A stretch of 41,141 nucleotides of DNA from Thermoplasmatota archaeon (lineage in GTDB: Archaea > Thermoplasmatota > E2 > DHVEG-1 > B18-G2): NCBI GenBank assembly GCA_029259115.1, contig JAPDJO010000012.1:1-41141 (forward strand). Reading direction: 5' to 3'. The position numbers were made by a program, and so were the translations under genes. Every line of letters starts with the position of its first letter. The first letter of the stretch is position 1. This document shows positions 27,573 through 36,227 of this stretch, one piece after another. The notes beneath the pieces are model-generated. The model had not been told where the DNA came from and did not search any database. It worked only from the letters and a program-made list of their open reading frames with translations.

Positions 27573-29027
27573 TTGAGGATCAGAGAACACCCTATTCTAG
27601 AGTTCAAGAGGGGGAAAAAGGTAAAATTCTATTTCAATGGAAGGGAAATTTATGGATATGAAAACGAGAGTATAGCCGCTGCTTTGGTTGCAAATGAAGT
27701 TTACAAATTTTCTACGAGTTTGAAATATGATAGACCCAGAGGTTTTTTCTGTGGCATAGGGAAGTGTGCATCCTGCAGAATGAGAGTAAATGGTATACCC
27801 AACGTAAGGACTTGTCTAGAAAAAGTTAGAGAAGGAATGAATGTAGAGATGCAGGATAAGGTTGCAGATCTTCCAGATGCAGATTTTATAGAAAAAAAGA
27901 TTGAGCACCTAGATTGTGACATTCTAGTAGTTGGAGGGGGACCAGCAGGACTATGCGCTGCCCTTGAATCTGCTAAATATGGAGTTAAAGTTATTCTCGT
28001 TGATGAAAACTACAGACTAGGTGGTCAGCTCATAAAACAGACTCACAAATTTTTTGGCTCGAAAGATGAAATGGCTGGAAAGAGGGGAATAGACATAGCA
28101 AAGGGGTTGGAAGATCTAATTAGGAAAAATAAGAACATAAAGGTTCTTTTGAGATCTACAGTCTTTGGATATTATGAAAGTAAGAAAAATCATCTCTTCG
28201 GAATAGCTGAAAGATTGGATGATCTCAGCGAAAAAATATACAAAGTGGAGTGTAAAAATGCAATCATAGCTACTGGAGCATCAGAAAATATGTTGGTATT
28301 CCCGAACAATGATCTTCCTGGCGTTTATGGAGCGGGCGGAGTGCAAACTTTGGTAAATGTTTATGGAGTTAAGCCTGGTGAAAAAGTTTTAATGGTCGGA
28401 TCTGGAAATGTTGGGCTGATAGTTTCCTATCAACTTTTACAGGCTGGTGTAGAGGTTAAAGGAGTGGTTGAGGCTTTGCCAAAGATAGGTGGTTATTTTG
28501 TTCATGCTGCAAAGTTGAGGAGGTTTGGCGTACCTATCTATGTATCTCATACCTTAAAAGAGGTGCATGGAAAGGATAAGGTTGAAGGAGCTACTATAGT
28601 TAAGTTGGATAAAAACTGGAATGAAATTCCTGGAACTGAAAAAAGAGTTGATTGTGATGTTGTTTGCTTAGCAGTAGGTCTATCTCCGTCCACAAGATTA
28701 GTATCTCAAACTGGAGCAGATATATCATATATACCCGAAGCCGGTGGATTTGTAGCCCTACATAATGATTACATGGAAACTTCTAAAGAGGGGATATTCG
28801 TAGCTGGAGATTTGTCTGGTATAGAAGAAGCATCTATAGCTATGATAGAGGGGAAGATAGCTGGGTTGGCTGCAGTCGAAAGATTGGGAGTGAAAATAGA
28901 CAAAAGTAAAATGAACAACTACCAAGAAAGACTTAAAGAACTCAGGGCTGGCCCATTTGGAGAGAGAGGAAGAAAGGCCAAGGAAAGAATTAAAGAAATG
29001 TGGAGGAGCAAGTATGGAGGATTATGA
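27573..29027 (+). CDS. pdhA: Dye-linked L-proline dehydrogenase-like alpha subunit (2Fe-2S plus FAD/NAD oxidoreductase)
   Basis: RIREHPILEF, RPRGFFCGIGKCASCRMRVNG.PNVRTC, VVGGGPAG, LGGQLIKQTHKFFG, NNDLPGVYGAG. Confidence 0.82.
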   Translation: MRIREHPILEFKRGKKVKFYFNGREIYGYENESIAAALVANEVYKFSTSLKYDRPRGFFCGIGKCASCRMRVNGIPNVRTCLEKVREGMNVEMQDKVADLPDADFIEKKIEHLDCDILVVGGGPAGLCAALESAKYGVKVILVDENYRLGGQLIKQTHKFFGSKDEMAGKRGIDIAKGLEDLIRKNKNIKVLLRSTVFGYYESKKNHLFGIAERLDDLSEKIYKVECKNAIIATGASENMLVFPNNDLPGVYGAGGVQTLVNVYGVKPGEKVLMVGSGNVGLIVSYQLLQAGVEVKGVVEALPKIGGYFVHAAKLRRFGVPIYVSHTLKEVHGKDKVEGATIVKLDKNWNEIPGTEKRVDCDVVCLAVGLSPSTRLVSQTGADISYIPEAGGFVALHNDYMETSKEGIFVAGDLSGIEEASIAMIEGKIAGLAAVERLGVKIDKSKMNNYQERLKELRAGPFGERGRKAKERIKEMWRSKYGGL

Positions 29028-29484
29028 GGTCTCTGGAGTGATAAGCAGAGATATGATAAAGATGCCAAGCGAAAAACATCTAAAGAGGGGAGTAGCTATC
29101 ATCGAATGCGTCCAAGAAATTCCCTGTAACCCATGTGTCGATGCATGCCCTTTCGGTGCCATATCTATGGAGGATTTGAATGCTCTTCCAAAAATAGACT
29201 ATGATAAATGCGTTGGTTGTGGAAGATGTGTATCTGTATGCCCGGGTTTGGCAATATTTTTGGTAAAAATAGAGGGAGAAAACGGCTTTGTAACTCTACC
29301 ATACGAGATGCTACCCATCCCAAAGGTTGGAGAAATTGTAAAAGTATTAGATAGGGAAGGCAGGGTGATTGGGGAAGGAGAAGTTGTAAAATTAAAAATT
29401 GAAAACAGAACAAGTATTGTAACTATCAAGATTGACAAGAGTTTGATTATGGATGCAAGAAACATAAGGATCGATCGAAAATGA
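29014..29484 (+). CDS. pdhF: 2x[4Fe-4S] ferredoxin-like gamma subunit
   Basis: ECVQEIPCNPCVDACP, CVGCGRCVSVCPGLAIF, LPYEMLP. The ATG at 29014 follows GGAGG. Confidence 0.8.
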   Translation: MEDYEVSGVISRDMIKMPSEKHLKRGVAIIECVQEIPCNPCVDACPFGAISMEDLNALPKIDYDKCVGCGRCVSVCPGLAIFLVKIEGENGFVTLPYEMLPIPKVGEIVKVLDREGRVIGEGEVVKLKIENRTSIVTIKIDKSLIMDARNIRIDRK

Positions 29485-29520
29485 TTTATATCAACATTCA
29501 TATTTTGGATGGGGGATTAA

Positions 29521-31701
29521 ATGAGAAAATTGTTAGTTGGTATTGTAACAATGCTAGTGATTTTCTCAGTATCCAGTTCTTTCATATCAAGAGAGAGTGA
29601 TGCAAGGGGTAATTTTAAATTTCCTTTAAAGTGGAAAATCTGGAATTTCCATCCAACCATATTTAAGTTAATCTTGAACAAAATTTTCAAAAAATATGAG
29701 ATTGCAAATCGTCACAAAATTACTACCAAAACAAACCTAACTTCTACTAGCAATGGAAAAATCATAACAGTCGACGATGAGGGTGACGGAAACTTTACAT
29801 CCATACAAGATGCTGTGGATAACGCAAGCATAGGAGATACGATATTGATTTACAGTGGAACGTACCACGAGGAGGTAAAGATAAACAAAACTTTGTTAAT
29901 AATTGGTGTAGATCGGGAGTTAGGTTCAGGAAATGACATTGGTTATCCTGTAATAGATGGAGAGAAAGAATTAGAAACGGCTATAGAAATATCGAAAAAA
30001 GCAAGGGGTATAAGTATAGAAGGGCTAAAAATAACCGGGTACACTGGCAGAGGTATAGATTGCTCGGCTGATGAAGGGGTGTTTAGAAATTTATACATAG
30101 AGAATTGCGTTCACCCATGGCAGATGTTTGTAGCAAACGCGATTTGGTTAGGAGGAGATAATTGCATAGTAGAGAATTGCGTGTTCTATGCGAACGAAGG
30201 GGGAGTATTTGACGGTAGAAATTCGAAAGGGAATATAATAAGGAATTGTGAATTCAGAAGCACTTCTGAATTTGGATTAGATATCAAAGGAACGAACGAA
30301 AGGATCGAAAACAATCGCTTTATAGATGATAGAAGCATAATGATACGCGAGGGAACAGCATCCTGCATCGTTCTAGAAAACACTTTTGATAATAGCAGAT
30401 ACTCGGCTGTCTATGTATATGGTAAAAGTGATGGCACAAGAATCTCTGGAAATAAGATACGTGGCGGAAAAGTTGGAATACATTTGCAAATGTATAATGA
30501 GCCTTCAGACATAACGGTAGAGGAGAATCATATCTCCTCGACTCTAGATGCCGGTATCTATCTGAAGGATGTGAATGCCTCTGTTATTATAAGAAATAAT
30601 GTTATTTCTGAATGTAAAACAGGGATAGAGTTTGGAAGTTACAGTGATGAAGGATTTAACAATAGAAACATACAAATTTATGGAAATACGATTTTAGGCT
30701 GTAAGGAAGGAATTTCATTGAAAGGATGTGAAGGTATTAGCATTTTTGAAAATATGATCAAAAAGAATGACATAGGGATAACGTGCTCAGTTAGAACAAG
30801 ATGCAATAACATATATCACAATAATTTCATCGATAATGGTCTCAGCGCATACGATTTTTCTGGATCAAACAAATGGAACAAAAAATATCCTGAAGGTGGA
30901 AACTACTGGAGTGATTACTCTGGTAGAGATGAAGATGGTGATGGGATAGGAGATAAACCCTATAAAATCCCAACATCTGGAATTGATGAATATCCCTTTA
31001 TGGAAGCATATGGATGGGAGAACTTACCCCCTTCGGCACCAATGATAATAGGTCCTTCTTCTGGAAGGATCGGTGTTTATTATACCTACAACTTCTCATC
31101 CGAAGATCCTGAAAGTGGAGGTGTGTACTACTACATAGACTGGGGAGATGGTAGCTATATAGAATGGGAAGGGCCATTTCCCTCAGGAAAAGTAGTGAGA
31201 TTTTCCCATAAATGGGATCGGCAAGCAACGTACACCATAAGAGCAAAAGCTAGAGATGAACATGGCAAAGAAAGTAAATGGAGTACTTTGAAGGTGAGTG
31301 TACCTTATGTGGCTGAAAAGGCTAAGCCAACGGCAGTAGCAGAGGTCAGCAGGAGTAAGATAACAAGAGATGACTCAATAGTTACATTCATATCTGAAAA
31401 GAGTCATGATAACGATGAAGATGGAAAGGAGATCAAGTGGATAAGATGGGACTTCGATGGAGATGGTAAGTGGGATACTGGCTCAAGGATAACGAATTAC
31501 TGGATAAGATTTAGAGGAAATGAAAGAATTGCAGTAGATCTTTCCTATCTTTTTGATGATAATAATGATGGTCACGTTAACTCTCTAGCATCACATCAAA
31601 AGTCTGTCAGCTCAAAAACATACTTTGCTAAACTTGAGGTAAAGGATGATGAAGGAGATACAGATATTGACTATGTGAGTATAACTGTTGTGTACTCTTA
31701 A
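29521..31701 (+). CDS. Secreted right-handed beta-helix (NosD/CASH-like) protein with two PKD-like domains
   Basis: Signal peptide; ITVDDEGDGNFTSIQDAVDNA; Asn-ladder repeats; IYHNNFIDN...GNYWSDY..DEDGDGIGDKPY; YYYIDWGDGS; WDFDGDGKWD. Confidence 0.85.
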   Translation: MRKLLVGIVTMLVIFSVSSSFISRESDARGNFKFPLKWKIWNFHPTIFKLILNKIFKKYEIANRHKITTKTNLTSTSNGKIITVDDEGDGNFTSIQDAVDNASIGDTILIYSGTYHEEVKINKTLLIIGVDRELGSGNDIGYPVIDGEKELETAIEISKKARGISIEGLKITGYTGRGIDCSADEGVFRNLYIENCVHPWQMFVANAIWLGGDNCIVENCVFYANEGGVFDGRNSKGNIIRNCEFRSTSEFGLDIKGTNERIENNRFIDDRSIMIREGTASCIVLENTFDNSRYSAVYVYGKSDGTRISGNKIRGGKVGIHLQMYNEPSDITVEENHISSTLDAGIYLKDVNASVIIRNNVISECKTGIEFGSYSDEGFNNRNIQIYGNTILGCKEGISLKGCEGISIFENMIKKNDIGITCSVRTRCNNIYHNNFIDNGLSAYDFSGSNKWNKKYPEGGNYWSDYSGRDEDGDGIGDKPYKIPTSGIDEYPFMEAYGWENLPPSAPMIIGPSSGRIGVYYTYNFSSEDPESGGVYYYIDWGDGSYIEWEGPFPSGKVVRFSHKWDRQATYTIRAKARDEHGKESKWSTLKVSVPYVAEKAKPTAVAEVSRSKITRDDSIVTFISEKSHDNDEDGKEIKWIRWDFDGDGKWDTGSRITNYWIRFRGNERIAVDLSYLFDDNNDGHVNSLASHQKSVSSKTYFAKLEVKDDEGDTDIDYVSITVVYS

Positions 31702-31782
31702 CAAAATTATTTCTTTAGAATTTCCTCAAAGTTTAAAATATTCTATATCATATCGAAGGGTGCAAATTCGAGGTGCATCTTT

Positions 31783-32049
31783 ATGATTAGAAAGATAGTT
31801 TGCAGATGCGAAGATATAGATGAGGAGGAGATAATAAAAGCTATAGAGGAAGGGTACACAGACTTTGAGGAACTGAGAAAGATTTTGAGGATAGGTATGG
31901 GACCCTGTCAGGGTAGAACATGTATTCCATTAGTGTTAAAAATCCTTGCCAAAAAGACCGGAAAAAAAGTTGAAGATTTGAATAAACCAAGTTTTAGACC
32001 GCCTGTTATTCCCATAACACTTGGTTCCCTATCGGGTGAAGATGAATGA
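31783..32049 (+). CDS. pdhX: BFD-like 2Fe-2S delta subunit
   Basis: IVCRCED, GMGPCQGRTC, RPPV.P. Confidence 0.82.
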   Translation: MIRKIVCRCEDIDEEEIIKAIEEGYTDFEELRKILRIGMGPCQGRTCIPLVLKILAKKTGKKVEDLNKPSFRPPVIPITLGSLSGEDE

Positions 32050-33188
32050 AGTATGATGTTGTCATAATTGGTGGAGGTATAAATGGTTGTTCCCTAGCAT
32101 ATCAGTTATCCAAAAGAGGATTGAAAGCGGCTCTATTTGAAAGAGATTACATATGTTCTGGAGCTACAGGAAGATGCGGAGCGGGGATAAGACAACAGTG
32201 GAGTACGGAAGAGAATATAATCTTAGCTAGAGAGAGTGTAAAGATATTCAAGAATCTATCAAAGGAACTTGGAGAGGATATCGGATTTAGACAAGGTGGT
32301 TATCTTATAGCGGTACATGACAAAAAAGAGTTGAAAGATGCTGAAGAAAGAGTTGCTCTCCAGAAATCTCTAGGTGTAGATGTGAGGATCATAGATAAGG
32401 ATGAGATAAGGAGCATAGCTCCAATTTTAGATCCTGATGGTATGCGTGCAATAGCAGCAACATTCTGTCCAACCGATGGTCACGCAGATCCCTTCAAGAC
32501 AACCTTTGCCTATGTTAAATCTGCAAGGAAGCACGGCACAGATATATTTACCCATAGCGAGGTGAAAAAAATAGTTAAGGAGAGGAGTCGGGTGAAAGGT
32601 GTGATTGTTAATGATAAGAATATTAAGGCTGATTATGTCATAAATGCAGCTGGAGCCTGGTCTAAAAAGGTTGCGAAGCTTGCTGGTATAGAGATTCCGA
32701 ATACTCCATTGAGAAAAGAAGCTATAGTTACGGAGAGGCTAAAGAGAATTTTCGATTGCATGGTTATATCTTTCAAGGATGGAATTTACTTTAGCCAGCA
32801 AAACGAGGGGCAGATTCTTGGTGGAATACCTGGACCTGATGAAAGGACAGGTTACTTCTTTCAGCCAACCTTCTCGTTTTTACAGCACATGGCTAGAACT
32901 CTAACCAGATACGCTCCCGTGCTTAAACACATCAAAATACTAAGACATTGGACAGGGTTCTATGATGTATCTCCAGATGCGAGACCTATCATCGGTGAGG
33001 ATCCCAATGTTAAGGGATTTATCCATTGTCATGGGTTTAGTGGTCATGGCTTTATGCTTTCTCCGATGGTGACAAAGATTTTATCTGAATATATAGCTGA
33101 TGGAAAAGATTCTGAGTATCTTCACAGTTTGAGTATAGAGAGATTTAAAGGGAAGAAAATAAAGAAGGAAATATCTGTTGTTGGATAA
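32046..33188 (+). CDS. pdhB: FAD-dependent (DAO-family) L-proline dehydrogenase-like beta subunit
   Basis: IIGGGING, GATGRCGAGIRQQW, INAAGAWS, RHWTGFYDVSPDARPIIG, GFSGHGFM. Substrate not provable from sequence. Confidence 0.82.
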   Translation: MKYDVVIIGGGINGCSLAYQLSKRGLKAALFERDYICSGATGRCGAGIRQQWSTEENIILARESVKIFKNLSKELGEDIGFRQGGYLIAVHDKKELKDAEERVALQKSLGVDVRIIDKDEIRSIAPILDPDGMRAIAATFCPTDGHADPFKTTFAYVKSARKHGTDIFTHSEVKKIVKERSRVKGVIVNDKNIKADYVINAAGAWSKKVAKLAGIEIPNTPLRKEAIVTERLKRIFDCMVISFKDGIYFSQQNEGQILGGIPGPDERTGYFFQPTFSFLQHMARTLTRYAPVLKHIKILRHWTGFYDVSPDARPIIGEDPNVKGFIHCHGFSGHGFMLSPMVTKILSEYIADGKDSEYLHSLSIERFKGKKIKKEISVVG

Positions 33189-33221
33189 GTGTAATAAATC
33201 CCCTTCTCATATAACCATCAG

Positions 33222-35090
33222 ATGAATTACCGAGATCTTGGATTCAAAGCTGGCTTAGAAATTCATCAACAGCTTGATACCAAAAAACTATTCTGCGATT
33301 GTCCATCCGAGTTATCAGAGGAATATGATTTTAAATTCGAAAGACTGTTAAGGCCTACGCAGAGTGAATTAGGAGAATTGGATAGGGCCGCTCTAGCTGA
33401 AGCTGAGAAAAAACGGAGATTTTTGTACTTCTCGTCCAAGAAGAGCAGCTGTCTCGTAGAGAGCGATGAAGAACCACCTCACGAAATGAATAGAGAGGCT
33501 TTGGAGATAGGACTAAAGGTAGCTTTGATGATGAAAGCTAGGATAGTTGACGAGATACAGGTTATGAGAAAGATAGTTATAGATGGCTCAAATACCTCGG
33601 GTTTTCAAAGAACAGCATTAATTGCCTTAAAAGGAAAGGTTAAGGATGTCGGTATTGAAACCATAGCCATAGAAGAGGATGCCGCAAGGAAGATTGAAGA
33701 AAGAGGAAATGTAGTTAGTTATGGCATAGACAGGTTAGGTATACCTCTGATAGAAGTTGCCACATCTGCTGAGCTTAGAGATCCAAAGCATGCAAAAGAG
33801 ATCGCTGAATACATAGGTTCTATATTCAAATCTGTAGGGAAATGTAAAAGGGTTTTGGGAGCTATAAGGCAGGACATAAATGTATCTATAAGAGATGGAG
33901 CAAGGGTTGAGATAAAAGGTGTGCAATATTTATCTGCAATAGAGCGAGTTGCAGAGAAGGAGGTTCTACGACAACTCGATCTTTTGGAAATAAAGAAGAT
34001 ATTGGAGGAGAGAGGAATAAGAAAGAAAGATATAGATAGAGAGGTTCTGAAAGACTTAACAGAAATAATGAAAGACTGTGAGTCTAAAATCATTAGAAAA
34101 GGAATAGAGGAAGGAAAGAAGGTTCTTGTCCTACGATTACCCGGATTTTCCGGACTTCTAAAAAGAGATTATTCCAGATTAGGGAGAGAGTTCGCCATCC
34201 ATGCCAGAATAAAATCTGGGATAAAAGGATTGATTCATAGTGATGAACTGCCTGGATACGGTATAGATGAAGATGATATCAAAAGAATGAAAGAGGTTTT
34301 GGATCTCGAGAAATATGATGCATTTGTTATCTTCGTGGGAGATACAAATGTTGTTGAAAAAGCTGTCACAGCAGTAAAGAACCGAGCTAAGCAGGCATTA
34401 GTAGGTGTACCAGAGGAAGTTAGAAGAGCCCTACCTGATGATTCTACAGAGTATATGAGACCCCTACCTGGATCGGCTAGAATGTATCCAGAGACCGATA
34501 TTCCTCCGATAAGGGTAACAAATGTCTACATCGAGAAATTAAAAAGAGAACTTCCTGAAGAACCTGAAAAGATGATAGAGAGAATAAGTAAAGAGTATGA
34601 ATTGAGTATCGAGCAAGCTAGGCAGTTGTTCAACTCTGGATATATTAAAGAGTTTGAAGAGTTAGCGAAGGAATTTCCACAGATAGCGAGCGTGGTAGCC
34701 AGAACTTTTCTGAACACGATTCCAGAGCTGGAAAGAGAAGGGTATGATGTAAGTTGGATAGATCAGAAGATCCTTTACGATTTATTTTCTAATTTGATGA
34801 GAGGGAAATTCGCGAAGGAGGCGATACCGGATATTTTGGCGTTTCTCTCAAAGAGTGAAAAGAAGGTTCTCGAGTTAGCTATAAAGAAGTTTGGAGGAGT
34901 AGACATAGAGGAAGTTAGAAAGTTTATAAAGAGAGTAGTGAGAGAAAAGAGAGAGTTTGTCAGAGAAAGAGGTATGTCTGCACTTGGGCCGCTGATGGGT
35001 GTGGTTATGAAGGAATTCAGAGGTAAAGTAGATGGGAAGGTGGTTAGCGAGATTCTGAAAGAAGAGATAGAAAAAGAAATATCTACCTAA
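33222..35090 (+). CDS. gatE: Glu-tRNA(Gln) amidotransferase subunit E
   Basis: GLEIHQQL..KKLFC, DEEPPH, MRKIVIDGSNTSGFQRT, DRLGIPLIEVAT, HSDELPGYGI, RPLPGSARMYPETD. Confidence 0.97.
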   Translation: MNYRDLGFKAGLEIHQQLDTKKLFCDCPSELSEEYDFKFERLLRPTQSELGELDRAALAEAEKKRRFLYFSSKKSSCLVESDEEPPHEMNREALEIGLKVALMMKARIVDEIQVMRKIVIDGSNTSGFQRTALIALKGKVKDVGIETIAIEEDAARKIEERGNVVSYGIDRLGIPLIEVATSAELRDPKHAKEIAEYIGSIFKSVGKCKRVLGAIRQDINVSIRDGARVEIKGVQYLSAIERVAEKEVLRQLDLLEIKKILEERGIRKKDIDREVLKDLTEIMKDCESKIIRKGIEEGKKVLVLRLPGFSGLLKRDYSRLGREFAIHARIKSGIKGLIHSDELPGYGIDEDDIKRMKEVLDLEKYDAFVIFVGDTNVVEKAVTAVKNRAKQALVGVPEEVRRALPDDSTEYMRPLPGSARMYPETDIPPIRVTNVYIEKLKRELPEEPEKMIERISKEYELSIEQARQLFNSGYIKEFEELAKEFPQIASVVARTFLNTIPELEREGYDVSWIDQKILYDLFSNLMRGKFAKEAIPDILAFLSKSEKKVLELAIKKFGGVDIEEVRKFIKRVVREKREFVRERGMSALGPLMGVVMKEFRGKVDGKVVSEILKEEIEKEIST

Positions 35091-35460
35091 TGTGAAACTC
35101 GAACCATTCGACTTTTTTATCCTTGATTAGTTTCTTTATCCTGTTTTGATCCTTTGATAGCTGGGATTTATTGGTTTTGAATTCAACAAATATGACTCTA
35201 TCTTTTTCAAACTGTATTCCATCTATAGGTGAGCCTATGAATCTAAAGTTTTCTGGAGAAAATGGATAGGATTTCATAAAGGGAGCAAACTGTTCTGTTA
35301 TTTTTCCATATGTAGTGGATAGAGATTGTCTCTGTTGTATGAGTTTTTCGATTTTTTCCCTCATTGAAGATATAACTGTTCGGTATACTAGTATAAGCCC
35401 TAGTACCAAACCAAAAATAATGCCTATCAGGAAAGTCCATATGTACACTAGTGGGTCCAT
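35083..35460 (-). CDS. Membrane-anchored Holliday-junction-resolvase-like PD-(D/E)XK endonuclease
   Basis: N-terminal TM helix; GKITEQFAPF, FRFIGSPIDGIQF, FVEFKT, LS..Q..IK..I....VEW. Confidence 0.82.
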   Translation of the reverse strand: MDPLVYIWTFLIGIIFGLVLGLILVYRTVISSMREKIEKLIQQRQSLSTTYGKITEQFAPFMKSYPFSPENFRFIGSPIDGIQFEKDRVIFVEFKTNKSQLSKDQNRIKKLIKDKKVEWFEFHIR

Positions 35461-36146
35461 TTTAACCTCTTTTTAAATAGGAATTTAAGGTTTTTCCAGC
35501 CGTCCCTAAAGCTCTGTAACTTTGCTTTACCCTTTCTCACGTATAGGGTAGAGGGTATTTCTTTAGCTTTCACTTCTTTTGATTTGAACATCTCTATCTT
35601 TATCTCTTCACTAAATGGCATCCCATCGTCAAATTCCTCCAAAGGTTGTATTTTATCTAAGGCTTCTCTTCTGAATATCCACATTCCTGACTGTGAATCT
35701 CTTAGCCATATCTGGAATAGGATACACAGAGTGAGTGAAAGGATAAGATTTCCAAATCTATGCTTTACGGACATTGCTCCTCTTTCTAAGTTTGCAAATC
35801 TATTCGTTGTTATAAAATCAAGATTGTTTTTCAGAAGATATTCTATGTATTCGTGTATCTTATCGAATGGGTATGTTGCGTCGGCGTCTCCCGTAACTAT
35901 TATATCCCCTTTTACTTCTTTCAAGCCAGTTTTGTATGCTCTACCATAACCTTTTCTTGGCTCTATAATCACTCTTGCGCCTTTCTTCTTAGCTACATCT
36001 CTTGTCTTATCTGTAGAGTTCCCATCTACAACAAGGATTTCCAAATCCCAACCCTTTTTCTTGAAATAATCTCTGTTTATCATATCAAGTGTTTTACCTA
36101 TGCCGTCTTCCTCGTTTAGTGCTGGAATGACTATGCCTATCTTCAT
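35448..36146 (-). CDS. Family 2 glycosyltransferase (DPM1-like)
   Basis: IVIPALNEE, VVDGNSTDKT, KGYGRA, DADATY, DSQSGM. Confidence 0.92.
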   Translation of the reverse strand: MKIGIVIPALNEEDGIGKTLDMINRDYFKKKGWDLEILVVDGNSTDKTRDVAKKKGARVIIEPRKGYGRAYKTGLKEVKGDIIVTGDADATYPFDKIHEYIEYLLKNNLDFITTNRFANLERGAMSVKHRFGNLILSLTLCILFQIWLRDSQSGMWIFRREALDKIQPLEEFDDGMPFSEEIKIEMFKSKEVKAKEIPSTLYVRKGKAKLQSFRDGWKNLKFLFKKRLKWTH

Positions 36147-36185
36147 GTTACACACTGCACGAATTAGGTCTTTTTAAATATATCC

Positions 36186-36203
36186 AAAAAGAAAAACAAA
36201 AAA
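36186..36203 (-). terminator. Oligo-T terminator after the surface-protein gene
   Basis: Minus strand TTTTTTGTTTTTCTTTTT, ~25 nt after the stop at 36228. Confidence 0.65.
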
Positions 36204-36227
36204 TAGAGAAGTGGAGGCTTTGTTGTT

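Noticed and set aside
29485-31782. Target-site duplication or terminal inverted repeats around the beta-helix/PKD gene
   Set aside because: None found by eye, apart from a short local near-duplication (TCGAAGGGTGCA/TCGAGGTGCA at 31753-31777), so it is not called a mobile element.
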